A stretch of DNA of 64,000 bases, from positions 2,240,001 to 2,304,000 of the forward strand of contig OZ220691.1 in assembly GCA_965116475.1 (NCBI GenBank). The letters run 5' to 3'. The notes below the pieces were generated by a model that saw nothing but the letters and a program-made list of their open reading frames with translations, was not told where the DNA came from and ran no database searches. The position numbers and the translations under genes are program-made. Origin of the DNA: Gemmatimonadota bacterium (GTDB taxonomy: Bacteria; Gemmatimonadota; Gemmatimonadetes; Palauibacterales; Palauibacteraceae). This document shows, one piece after another, positions 29,307 to 38,284 of this stretch (positions are counted from its first letter, which is position 1; every line of letters begins with the position of its first letter).

Positions 29307-30737
29307 ATGCAGTTGCGAACGCTGACCGCCATCGCCGCCGCCCTCGTCTCGGCCCTCACCTCGACCGTCGCCGGAGCGGCGGCCCAGAGCTACGACCTCG
29401 TGCTCGCGGGCGGCCGCGTGATGGATCCCGAGTCCGGCCTCGACGCGGTGCGCCACGTCGGGATCCGGGATGGGACGATCGCCGCGATTTCCGAGGCTCC
29501 GCTGGAGGGCGAGACGGTGGTCGACGTGTCCGGCCTCGTCGTCGCGCCGGGGTTCATCGACCTCCACGCCCACGGCCAGGATCTCTTCTCAAGCCAGCTT
29601 CAGGCGCGGGACGGGGTCACGACCGCGCTCGAACTGGAGGGCGGCACCGGCGATGTGGAGGAGTGGTATGCGAGCCGGGAAGGGAAGGCCGCGATTCACT
29701 ACGGCGCCACGGCCTCGCACGGGGCGGCGCGCCGACTGGCGCTCGGCGGGCAGCGGCAGGCGGTCCGGCTCGCGGCCGACCTCGAGCAGGTGTCGGTGAT
29801 GGTGGACCGGCTGCGCGACGAACTGGGACGCGGAGCGCTCGGCCTCGGCTTCGGCATCCAGTACACGCCCGGGGCCCGGCGCGAGGAGATCCACCGACTG
29901 TTCCAGCTCGCGGCGGACGAAGGCGTGGCGAACTTCGTCCACATCCGCTACGCCGGACTCGTCGAGCCCGGGAGCTCGATCGAGGCGGTGCACGAGATGA
30001 TCGCGAACGCCGCGTCGACCGGGGCCGGGGTCCACATCGTCCACATCGGGTCGAGCGGCCTCGGGCAGGTGCCGACGCTCCTGAGCATGATCGAGGGCGC
30101 CCAGGGGCGCGGGCTGGACGTGACGACCGAGGTCTATCCATACACCGCGGCCTCCACCGACATCCGGGCCGCGATCTTCGACCCGGGCTGGCGGGAGCGG
30201 CTCGGGGGCGACTACGGCGACATCGAATGGGACGGGACCGGCGAACGCCTGACGGAGGAGACGTTCAACGAGCGGCGCGAGACCGGCGGCCGGATCATCG
30301 CCCACATCATTCCGCAGGAGATGTTCGAACTCGCCCTCGCCCACCCCGCCGTGATGGTGGCGAGCGACGGCGTCCCATTCGTCAACGGCCAGGGGCATCC
30401 GCGCGGGGCGGGCACCTTCGCCCGCGTGCTCGGCCGCTACGTGCGCGAGGAGGGTCTCCTCACCCTCATGGAGGCGCTCCGCAAGATGACGCTGATGCCG
30501 GCGCGGCGGCTCGACGCCTACGTGCCGCAGATGGCGGACAAGGGCCGGATCCGGGTCGGGGCGGACGCCGACATCACCGTCTTCGACCCCGCCACGGTCA
30601 TCGACAACGCGACCTTCCAGGCGCCCACGGAGCCGTCGTCCGGGATCGAGTACGTGCTCGTCGCCGGCACCTTCGTCGTCCGCGACGCCGCCCTCATCGA
30701 GACCGCCTTCCCCGGCCAGCCCATCCGCCGCGACTGA
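29307..30737 (+). CDS. Secreted amidohydrolase (N-acyl-D-amino acid deacylase-like)
   Basis: GGRVMDPESG, PGFIDLHAH, EVYPYTA, ASDG, HPRGAGTFAR, GADADITVFD. Confidence 0.85.
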   Translation: MQLRTLTAIAAALVSALTSTVAGAAAQSYDLVLAGGRVMDPESGLDAVRHVGIRDGTIAAISEAPLEGETVVDVSGLVVAPGFIDLHAHGQDLFSSQLQARDGVTTALELEGGTGDVEEWYASREGKAAIHYGATASHGAARRLALGGQRQAVRLAADLEQVSVMVDRLRDELGRGALGLGFGIQYTPGARREEIHRLFQLAADEGVANFVHIRYAGLVEPGSSIEAVHEMIANAASTGAGVHIVHIGSSGLGQVPTLLSMIEGAQGRGLDVTTEVYPYTAASTDIRAAIFDPGWRERLGGDYGDIEWDGTGERLTEETFNERRETGGRIIAHIIPQEMFELALAHPAVMVASDGVPFVNGQGHPRGAGTFARVLGRYVREEGLLTLMEALRKMTLMPARRLDAYVPQMADKGRIRVGADADITVFDPATVIDNATFQAPTEPSSGIEYVLVAGTFVVRDAALIETAFPGQPIRRD

Positions 30738-30746
30738 GCGTCCCGG

Positions 30747-31616
30747 TCACGCGGGCGCGCCGGACTCGGCGCCGGCATCGGCTCCGGCCTCAGCTCCGAC
30801 GCGTGCGAGCCGGCCCGAGATCTCCCGCAGGCGCAGCCACTGCTGGTAGTAGAAGGGGAGGGCCATCAGCGATTCCACGAACTGGAAGACGTACATGACG
30901 ATGGCGAACACGGCGCCGTACTCGACGGTGCGCTCCGCCGAGATGCCGACGGCGAACACCAGCAGGGCCATCATGAGCACCCAGTTGATGCCGAAGGTGC
31001 CCGCCTCGAGGTCGGAGAGCCGGATATTCCACCGCGTCATGGCGCGCAGGTGCTCGCCGAGGCGGACGGGGTCGCCGCTGTCCACGGCGTCGACCTGTCG
31101 CTCGTGCTCATCGTTGAGTCCCTCGTTGTAGCGCGTCGTCAACTTTCCGGTGAGCGCGTACAGGACGCCCGTGGCGACGGCGACGGCGACGCACCCCAGG
31201 AACACGGGCACGTTCAGCGTCGAGAGGATCACGATCGTGCCGGCGAGTCCGATGGCGCTCGTGATGAGCTGGGGAAGGGAGTGCTCGAAGAACTCGACGA
31301 TCTCCCGGAGCATCCCGAGCCGCGCCGTCCGGGTCGACGTACTGCGCTCCGCGGCGGAGGCGACCATCTCCTCCCCCAGCCGTACGTAGATGCCGGCGTA
31401 GGCGCGGCTGTCGACGACCCGGCGGCCGATGGCGATGAAGATCGTCCCGATCCCGAGTCCGGCGAGTTCGTACAGGCCCCGGGTCGAGCCCGCGAGGACG
31501 CCGTCGATGGCCCGGCCGATGACGAGCGGGAAGAGCAGCCAGCCCGCGGACTCCAGCACCACCATCGAAAGCGTGAGCGTGAGGCGTCCGCCAAACCGCT
31601 TCAGAAGCATGTGCAT
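30747..31616 (-). CDS. ABC-transporter six-transmembrane-domain protein without NBD
   Basis: FPLVIGRAIDG, RRVVDSRAY, EIVEFFE, LNDEHERQV, IRLSDLEA. Confidence 0.7.
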   Translation of the reverse strand: MHMLLKRFGGRLTLTLSMVVLESAGWLLFPLVIGRAIDGVLAGSTRGLYELAGLGIGTIFIAIGRRVVDSRAYAGIYVRLGEEMVASAAERSTSTRTARLGMLREIVEFFEHSLPQLITSAIGLAGTIVILSTLNVPVFLGCVAVAVATGVLYALTGKLTTRYNEGLNDEHERQVDAVDSGDPVRLGEHLRAMTRWNIRLSDLEAGTFGINWVLMMALLVFAVGISAERTVEYGAVFAIVMYVFQFVESLMALPFYYQQWLRLREISGRLARVGAEAGADAGAESGAPA

Positions 31617-31769
31617 GAGCCCTCTCTTCTATTGGTCCCTTCTGTCGGCCTCTTCTGTCGGCGGCGTCGGGCTGCGGTGTATTCTTGGCGCCCGATTCCC
31701 GCCCGCCTCCCGCCCAATATGAACCGGGGCCGGCGCGGCGCTGACATCCCAGCGCGGAGGTGCGCTCCC

Positions 31770-34700
31770 ATGCGGTCGATCGAAGCGAGAACACTCCCCC
31801 CGTCCTTCCCGCGCTGCGCGCGGCTTCTGCGGCTCCTTCTTCTGACGCTGGTACTCGCCGCGCCGCCAGCCGAGGCGCGGGCGGCGGGATTCGCCCCGCA
31901 CGAGAGCGGCGCCCGGGCGAACGGCGCCCAGGAGAGCGGCGCCCAGGTCAACGGCGCCGACGAGGAAACCGCGCTCTACCGCTCGATGCGGTGGCGCAAC
32001 GTGGGGCCCTTCCGTGGTGGGCGGGCCGTGGCCGCGGCGGGGGTCCCCGGCGACCGTCTCACGTATTACATGGGGACGGCGGGCGGCGGCGTGTGGAAGA
32101 CCTCCGATGCGGGCATCAGCTGGAACCCCGTGACGGACGGGTTCGTCGCCACCTCCTCCGTGGGCGCGGTGGCCGTCTCCGAGTCCGATCCGAACGTCGT
32201 GTACATCGGGATGGGCGAGCACTCGATCCGCGGCGTCACGACTTCGCACGGGGACGGCGTCTACCGCTCGACGGACGCGGGCCGCACGTGGACGCACTTG
32301 GGCCTCGCCCCAACCCGCGTCATCTCCCGCATCCGCGTGCATCCCGAGGATCCGGATCTCGTCTACATCGCCGCCCAGGGGTCGCCCTTCGCGCCGTCGC
32401 CCGAGCGGGGAATCTACCGCTCGGCGGATGGGGGAGAGAACTGGGAACTCATCCTGCACGTGGACGAGAACACCGGAGCCTCGGACCTCGCGATGGACCG
32501 CACGAATCCGCGCATCCTCTACGCCTCCATGTGGGACCACGACCGCGAGCCGTGGTACATCCGGAGCGGCGGGCCCGGCTCGGGGTTCTGGAAGTCGACC
32601 GACGGCGGGGACACCTGGGAGGAGATCAACGAGGGCCTGCCGGCTCTCATGGGGAAGACGGCGATCGACGTCTCGCCCGCCGACCCGGACCGCGTGTGGG
32701 CGCTGATCGAGGCGGACGAGGACGTGGACGGCGTCTACCGCTCGGACGACGGGGGGAACAGCTGGTCCCTCACGAGTTCGGAGCGCCAACTGCGGGGGCG
32801 GGCGTGGTACTACATCGAGCTGTATGCCGACCCACTGGACCGCGAGACCGTCTACGTGATGAACTCACCCTTCCTCAAGTCGATCGACGGCGGCCGCACG
32901 TGGGAGACGATCCAGACGCCGCACGTCGACCACCACGACCTGTGGATCAACCCGTTCGACAGCGACGTCATGCTCTCCGCCAACGACGGGGGAGGGACGG
33001 TCACCTTCAACGGCGGCGAGACCTGGTCCACGCAGGAGAACCAGCCCACGGCGCAGATCTACCGGCTGGCAGTGGACAACCAGTTCCCGTACCGCATGTA
33101 CGGGGGCCAGCAGGACAACACGAGCGTGGGCATGCTGGGGTGGGCGACGCACTCCGGCGGCCTCGGCTGGAAGGACTGGATCGACGCGGGGGGCGGGGAG
33201 TCGGCCTGGGTCGCGTTCGACCCCGACAACCCGCGCTATCTGTACGCGACCTCGATCCAGGGGATCATCACGGAGCTGGACACGGAACTCGGCTCCGCGC
33301 GCAGCGTGCAGGCGTACCCGCAATTCCAGCTCGGGATGGACGCCGAGGACATGCGCTACCGCTGGAACTGGAACGGGCCGGTCGTCGTGTCGCCGCACGA
33401 TCCGGGGGTCATCTATCACGGGGCGCAGCACCTGCTGCGGTCGAGCGACCGCGGGGTGACGTGGGAGGAGATCTCGCCCGACCTCACCCGGAACGAGCCG
33501 GAGAAGCACGTGGCGGCGGGCGGGCCGTTCACCAACGAGGCGGCGGGCGGCGAGGTCTACAACACGATCATGGCGATGGCGGAGTCGCCGCTGGAGGCGG
33601 GCACGATCTGGGTGGGAGCGGACGACGGCCTCGTCCACCTGACGCGCGACAACGGGGAGACGTGGATGGACGTCACGCCGGATGGGATGCCCGAGGGGAT
33701 GGTGAATTCTCTCGACCCGTCGCCGCACGAGCCGGGCGGCGCCTACATCACGCTCGCCCGCTACAAGTTCGACGACTTCGCGCCGTACATCTACAAGACC
33801 GTGGATTACGGCGAGAGCTGGGAGCGCATCGACGCCGGGATCGGGGCGGACAAGCCCGACGCGTGGGCCCGCGTCGTGCGCGAGGATCCCGGGCGCCGGG
33901 GGCTGCTGTACGCCGGGACGGAACTCGGCATGTACGTGAGCTTCGACGACGGCGCCTCGTGGCGGAGTCTGGCTCTGAACATGCCCCTCACGCAGATCAC
34001 CGACCTGCAGGTGCAGGCGGGGGATCTCGCCGTGGCGACGCAGGGACGCGGCTTCTGGGTGCTTGACGACCTCTCCCCGCTGCGGCAGCGGGCGGACGCC
34101 GAGACGGCGGACGGACACCACCCGTACACGCCGTCCACGGCGTACCGCGTGAGTGCCGGGCTCGGCGGCCCGGTGGGTCCGACGACATCGGGGCAGAACA
34201 AGACGCCGGGCGTGGCGATCGACTACGTCGTGTCGGGGCCCGAGGAAGCGTCGGACTCGGAGGAGGCCTCCGATGGCATCTCGCTGGTGCTCGAGATCCT
34301 CGACGAGGACGGCGCGGTCATCCGCACGTTCACAACGGATACGGCGATGACGGCGTCGGGCGTCCGGCACGCGCGCGCGCCCGCCGCGCCGGGTCACAAC
34401 CGGGTGTTCTGGGACCTGCGCGTGGAGAGCGGGCCGCGGATCGCGGAGTCGTACGCGTTCTTCGGGGACGCGCCGGGGTATCGCGTCATGCCGGGCACGT
34501 ACAGCGCCCGCCTGACGGTGGAAGATGCGCCGGCGCAGACCCGGTCGTTCGAAGTGCGCGGGGATCCGCGGATCGCGGCCTCGGAGACGGACTTCGCCGC
34601 GAACGGGCGCTTCCTGGAGGCCGTGTTCGGGACGATCGTGGACCTGCACACCGGACTCAACGACATCCGGGACGTGCGCGCGCAGGTGAACGCGGTCGTG

Positions 34701-35072
34701 GGGCAGGCGTCGGAAGCCGGCCTCTCGAGGGTCGAGGCGCTCGAGGCGGCGGGCGCCGCGCTCGCGGATTCGATCACCGTGCTCGAGGACCGCCTGTTCC
34801 AGAAGCGGCGGGCGGCGCAGCAGGACATGGTCGCCTACGAGGGGCTGCTGAACATGCAGTTGACGGCGCTCATGGGCGAGGTGGATGGCTCCGATCTGCC
34901 CCCCCGCGCCGGCGTGCTGGAACGCTGGGACGACCTCGAGACCGAGTGGGTGGTGGAGGAGGCCGCGCTGTCGCGGGTGCTCGGCGAGATGCTCGACGCG
35001 TTCAACCAACTCGCGCGGGATGCGGGCGTCCCGGCGGTCATCGCCCGGAGCCGGCCGCGCGCGGTCTCCTAG
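31770..35072 (+). CDS. VPS10/BNR-repeat secreted glycosyl hydrolase-like protein
   Basis: WRNVGPFRGGR, many SxDxGxTW Asp-boxes, GGQQDN, ISPDLT, LYAGTE. Confidence 0.88.
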   Translation: MRSIEARTLPPSFPRCARLLRLLLLTLVLAAPPAEARAAGFAPHESGARANGAQESGAQVNGADEETALYRSMRWRNVGPFRGGRAVAAAGVPGDRLTYYMGTAGGGVWKTSDAGISWNPVTDGFVATSSVGAVAVSESDPNVVYIGMGEHSIRGVTTSHGDGVYRSTDAGRTWTHLGLAPTRVISRIRVHPEDPDLVYIAAQGSPFAPSPERGIYRSADGGENWELILHVDENTGASDLAMDRTNPRILYASMWDHDREPWYIRSGGPGSGFWKSTDGGDTWEEINEGLPALMGKTAIDVSPADPDRVWALIEADEDVDGVYRSDDGGNSWSLTSSERQLRGRAWYYIELYADPLDRETVYVMNSPFLKSIDGGRTWETIQTPHVDHHDLWINPFDSDVMLSANDGGGTVTFNGGETWSTQENQPTAQIYRLAVDNQFPYRMYGGQQDNTSVGMLGWATHSGGLGWKDWIDAGGGESAWVAFDPDNPRYLYATSIQGIITELDTELGSARSVQAYPQFQLGMDAEDMRYRWNWNGPVVVSPHDPGVIYHGAQHLLRSSDRGVTWEEISPDLTRNEPEKHVAAGGPFTNEAAGGEVYNTIMAMAESPLEAGTIWVGADDGLVHLTRDNGETWMDVTPDGMPEGMVNSLDPSPHEPGGAYITLARYKFDDFAPYIYKTVDYGESWERIDAGIGADKPDAWARVVREDPGRRGLLYAGTELGMYVSFDDGASWRSLALNMPLTQITDLQVQAGDLAVATQGRGFWVLDDLSPLRQRADAETADGHHPYTPSTAYRVSAGLGGPVGPTTSGQNKTPGVAIDYVVSGPEEASDSEEASDGISLVLEILDEDGAVIRTFTTDTAMTASGVRHARAPAAPGHNRVFWDLRVESGPRIAESYAFFGDAPGYRVMPGTYSARLTVEDAPAQTRSFEVRGDPRIAASETDFAANGRFLEAVFGTIVDLHTGLNDIRDVRAQVNAVVGQASEAGLSRVEALEAAGAALADSITVLEDRLFQKRRAAQQDMVAYEGLLNMQLTALMGEVDGSDLPPRAGVLERWDDLETEWVVEEAALSRVLGEMLDAFNQLARDAGVPAVIARSRPRAVS

Positions 35073-35075
35073 CGC

Positions 35076-36242
35076 ATGACGGGTCGGCTGGCCATCGACG
35101 GCGGCACCCCGGTCCGCACGGCGCCGTGGCCCCCGTGGCCGCGCTCCGGGGCGGCGGAGCGGCGTGCCCTGACCGAGGTGCTCGAGTCCGGCCGCTGGGG
35201 GCTGGGCGGCGGGGCCGTCCCGGAGCTCGAGGCCCGCTTCGCCGCGCTGCACGGCGCCCGTTACGCCGTCGCCTGCTGCAACGGCACGATGGCGCTTCAG
35301 GCCGCCCTCGTCGCCGCCGGCGTGCAGCCCGGCGACGAAGTCGTCACGAGTCCGTACAGCTTCGCGGCGACCGCCCACGCCGTCCGGTCGCTGGGCGCCA
35401 TTCCCACATTCGTCGACGTCGAGCCAGGGACGCACAACCTGGACCCTGAGCGGATCGGGGACGCGATCACGGAGCGCACGACGGCGATCCTGCCCGTTCA
35501 TATCGGCGGCCGCCCGGCCGACATGGACCGCGTGAACGACATCGCCGCCCGCCACGGCCTCCGGGTCGTCGAGGACGCCGCGCAGGCGTGGCTCGCAAGC
35601 TGGCGCGGCCGCGCCGTGGGAACGTTGGGCGACGTGGCCGCCTTCAGCTTCCAGTCGAGCAAGAACCTCACCGCCGGCGAGGGCGGGATGCTCGTCACCG
35701 ACGACGAACCCGTCTACCGCGGCGCGTGGTCGTGGCACGACTGCGGCCGCGATCCGGGGGGAAGTCGGCACGCGCACGCCGATGTCGGACTCAACCTCCG
35801 CATGACCGAGTTCCAGGCGGCGCTGCTCCTCGCCGGGCTCGAACGCCTCCCCGCCGAGCAGGCCATCCGTCGGCAGGCCATGGACGCGCTCTCGAAGGGC
35901 CTCGCCGAAATCGACGGTCTGCGCGCACCGGACCCGGACCCGCGCATCACCGCGCACGGGTGCCACATCTTCATGGTGCGGCTTGACGAATCCGGGCTGG
36001 GGGCGAACCCGTGCGACGAGCGTCTCGACAAACACCGCACGATCGAAGCGCTCCGCGCGGAGGGAATCCCCGCGCATCCGGGCTACACTACGCCCCTCGA
36101 AGGCGGGCTTCCGGTATGCGAACGGCTCTGCCGCACGACGATCTGGATCAAGCATCAGGTCCTGCTGGCGGGGGCCGCCCAGATGCAGGATGTCGTGGAG
36201 GCGTTCGCGAAGGTCGTGATGCGACACCGAGGGGGACGATGA
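35076..36242 (+). CDS. DegT/DnrJ/EryC1/StrS aminotransferase
   Basis: LAIDGGTPVR, NGT.AL, VEDAAQA, FSFQSSKNLTAGEGG, NLRMTEFQAA. Confidence 0.9.
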   Translation: MTGRLAIDGGTPVRTAPWPPWPRSGAAERRALTEVLESGRWGLGGGAVPELEARFAALHGARYAVACCNGTMALQAALVAAGVQPGDEVVTSPYSFAATAHAVRSLGAIPTFVDVEPGTHNLDPERIGDAITERTTAILPVHIGGRPADMDRVNDIAARHGLRVVEDAAQAWLASWRGRAVGTLGDVAAFSFQSSKNLTAGEGGMLVTDDEPVYRGAWSWHDCGRDPGGSRHAHADVGLNLRMTEFQAALLLAGLERLPAEQAIRRQAMDALSKGLAEIDGLRAPDPDPRITAHGCHIFMVRLDESGLGANPCDERLDKHRTIEALRAEGIPAHPGYTTPLEGGLPVCERLCRTTIWIKHQVLLAGAAQMQDVVEAFAKVVMRHRGGR

Positions 36243-37285
36243 AGAGCTACCAGTTCCGCGAGTACGGCGGGCCGCTCGAGCCGGCGGAACGCCCGACCCC
36301 CGAACCCACGGGCACCGAGGTGCTCGTCCGGGTCCACGCCTGCGGCCTCTGCCACAGCGACGTGCACCTGTGGCAGGGCTATTTCGAGATGGGCGGCGGC
36401 CGAAAGCTGGACGTCCGGGCCGTGCGCGAACTCCCCTTCACCCTGGGCCACGAGATCGTCGGGGAAGTCGCGGCGGCCGGGCCCGATGCGGCCGGCGTCT
36501 CCACCGGCGACCGCCGCGTCGTCTTCCCCTGGATCGGGTGCGGCGTCTGCGACTTCTGCGACGCCGACCGCGAACATCTCTGCCACCGTCCCCACGCCCT
36601 CGGCACCCACCTCGACGGCGGCTTCGCGGACTACGTCGTCGTCCCGCACCCGCGCTATCTGTTCGACTTCGGAAACATCGCGCCCGAACTGGCCGGTACG
36701 TACGCGTGCTCCGGCCTCACCGCCTACAGCGCCCTCCGCAAGGTGGAACGCCGGCTCGAGGACCAGCTCGTCATCATCGGGGCCGGCGGCGTCGGCTTCG
36801 CCGGCATCCAGCTCGCGAAGGCCCTCTTCAAAGCCGAACTCATCGTGGTCGAGGTCGACGACGCGAAGCTCGAAGCGGCGCGGCGGGCTGGGGTCGCGCA
36901 CGTCGTGGACGCCCGCGAGGATGACGCATCTCGGCAGTTGAAGCAGCTCACCAACGGCGGCTGCGCCGCGGTCGTCGACTTCGCCGGCTCGTCGGCGTCT
37001 GCCGCCCTTGGCTTCCGTGCGGCCGCCAAGAGCGGAAGCCTCGTGGTGGTCGGTCTGCTCGGAGGCTCGCTCTCCGTCCCTCTCCCCCTGCTCGTCCTCA
37101 AGGATCTCGCCATCGAGGGGTCCGATCTGGGGAGCCTCGCCGAGATGGCGGAGTTGATGGAACTCGTGCGCGCCGGGCGCGTCGACCCGATCCCCTACGC
37201 GACGCGGCCCATGGATGAAGCGGAAGCGAGCCTGCGCGACCTGGAGGCGGGCCGCATCGTGGGAAGAGTCGTCCTTACCGCCTAA
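36239..37285 (+). CDS. Zn-dependent alcohol dehydrogenase
   Basis: CGLCHSD, GHE, CGVCDFC..C, GAGGVG; ATGA overlap. Confidence 0.9.
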   Translation: MKSYQFREYGGPLEPAERPTPEPTGTEVLVRVHACGLCHSDVHLWQGYFEMGGGRKLDVRAVRELPFTLGHEIVGEVAAAGPDAAGVSTGDRRVVFPWIGCGVCDFCDADREHLCHRPHALGTHLDGGFADYVVVPHPRYLFDFGNIAPELAGTYACSGLTAYSALRKVERRLEDQLVIIGAGGVGFAGIQLAKALFKAELIVVEVDDAKLEAARRAGVAHVVDAREDDASRQLKQLTNGGCAAVVDFAGSSASAALGFRAAAKSGSLVVVGLLGGSLSVPLPLLVLKDLAIEGSDLGSLAEMAELMELVRAGRVDPIPYATRPMDEAEASLRDLEAGRIVGRVVLTA

Positions 37286-37312
37286 CGTACTGCCTGAAGA
37301 TCCGCCCGGGGA

Positions 37313-37669
37313 TCAGCAGTCGACGAGTTCGATCCTGTCGGGCTGGTTCGGCACGGCGCACAGGAACTCGAAGGGTTCGTCGCCCACCGCGTCGTAGGAA
37401 TGCGGCGTCCCCGCCGGAATGTAGACGACGTCCCCGGCTTTCACGTCGTGCATTTCGTCCCCGATCGACACCCGGGCCCGTCCCCGGAGCACGTACTGCT
37501 CGTGTTCGACGGCGTTCGTGTGCCGCGGCATCCCGCCGCCGGGCTGCATGACGAAGCGCCGCAGCGCGAAGTTCGGCCCCTGATCCGGCCCGATGAGCAC
37601 CTGCGTTTCCGTTCCCGACCCGGCGGCGACCGGCGTCAGCCCGAACTCCGAGACATGTTTGACACTCAC
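37313..37669 (-). CDS. Cupin-domain protein
   Basis: PRHTN.VEHEQYV, GDVVYIPAGTPHSY. Confidence 0.85.
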   Translation of the reverse strand: MSVKHVSEFGLTPVAAGSGTETQVLIGPDQGPNFALRRFVMQPGGGMPRHTNAVEHEQYVLRGRARVSIGDEMHDVKAGDVVYIPAGTPHSYDAVGDEPFEFLCAVPNQPDRIELVDC

Positions 37670-37795
37670 CGGACCCTCCCGCTGGATGACTCGTCACCCC
37701 CGGTCGCGGTTTGCTGCGCGTGATGGTGGCGGCCTACCGCGCGGGGCGAGAAAACTTGCCCCTCGCGGGGCCCGGTCGCCAGATTCGACGGCCTC

Positions 37796-37868
37796 GCGGG
37801 CGTAGCTCAGTTGGCAGAGCGTCAGCCTTCCAAGCTGAAGGTCGCCGGTTCGACCCCGGTCGCCCGCT
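37796..37868 (+). tRNA. tRNA-Gly(TCC)
   Basis: GCGGGCG/CGCCCGC, anticodon arm TCAGC-CTTCCAA-GCTGA; no CCA. Confidence 0.95.
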
Positions 37869-37908
37869 TTTCTCGGACCTTGCGGAGCGACGCTTTCCCG
37901 CCTTCGTG

Positions 37909-38026
37909 TTCCCGATCGGGAAATTCTGCCCCCACGTCAGTTCTGAATGCCGCTAATATTCCCGATCGGGAAAAATAAGATTGACAAGCGGCATCACGAC
38001 ACCCGATATTCCCGATCGGGAATATC
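37909..38026. promoter_or_regulatory. Three palindromic operators TTCCCGATCGGGAA and a TTGACA -35 box for hipBA
   Basis: Cores at 37909, 37959 and 38009; TTGACA at 37981. Confidence 0.85.
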
Positions 38027-38284
38027 ATGAGAAAACGAACCGTCACACCTTCCGACATCGGCGACATCGTCCGCGCCGCGCGCAAGGACACGGGTCTGCG
38101 CCAGCATGAGCTCGCGGGCACCGCGGGGGTAGGCCTGCGCTTCATCGTAGACCTTGAAGCGGGAAAACCGACCGCGCACATCGGAAAGGTCCTTCAGGTG
38201 CTGGCGGCGCTCGGCTGTTCCGTCGAGATCGTTCCGCCGCCCGAAGCCGACGCGACTGCACCGGCCGGTGTTCGTGACACATGA
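38027..38284 (+). CDS. HipB-like (y4mF family) HTH antitoxin
   Basis: GLRQHELAGTAGVGLRFIVDLEAGKPT; overlaps the hipA start. Confidence 0.88.
   Translation: MRKRTVTPSDIGDIVRAARKDTGLRQHELAGTAGVGLRFIVDLEAGKPTAHIGKVLQVLAALGCSVEIVPPPEADATAPAGVRDT

Noticed and set aside
32865..36227. Very long antisense or alternate-frame ORFs (also 15373-17613, 42028-44697, 51243-53411, 27190-29049)
   Set aside because: Shadow ORFs of high-GC coding DNA: no motifs, and they overlap well-supported genes.
37909..38022. 14-bp repeats with 36-bp unique spacers resembling a mini-CRISPR
   Set aside because: The repeat is too short, perfectly palindromic, interleaved with a promoter, and there are no cas genes; operators explain it better.
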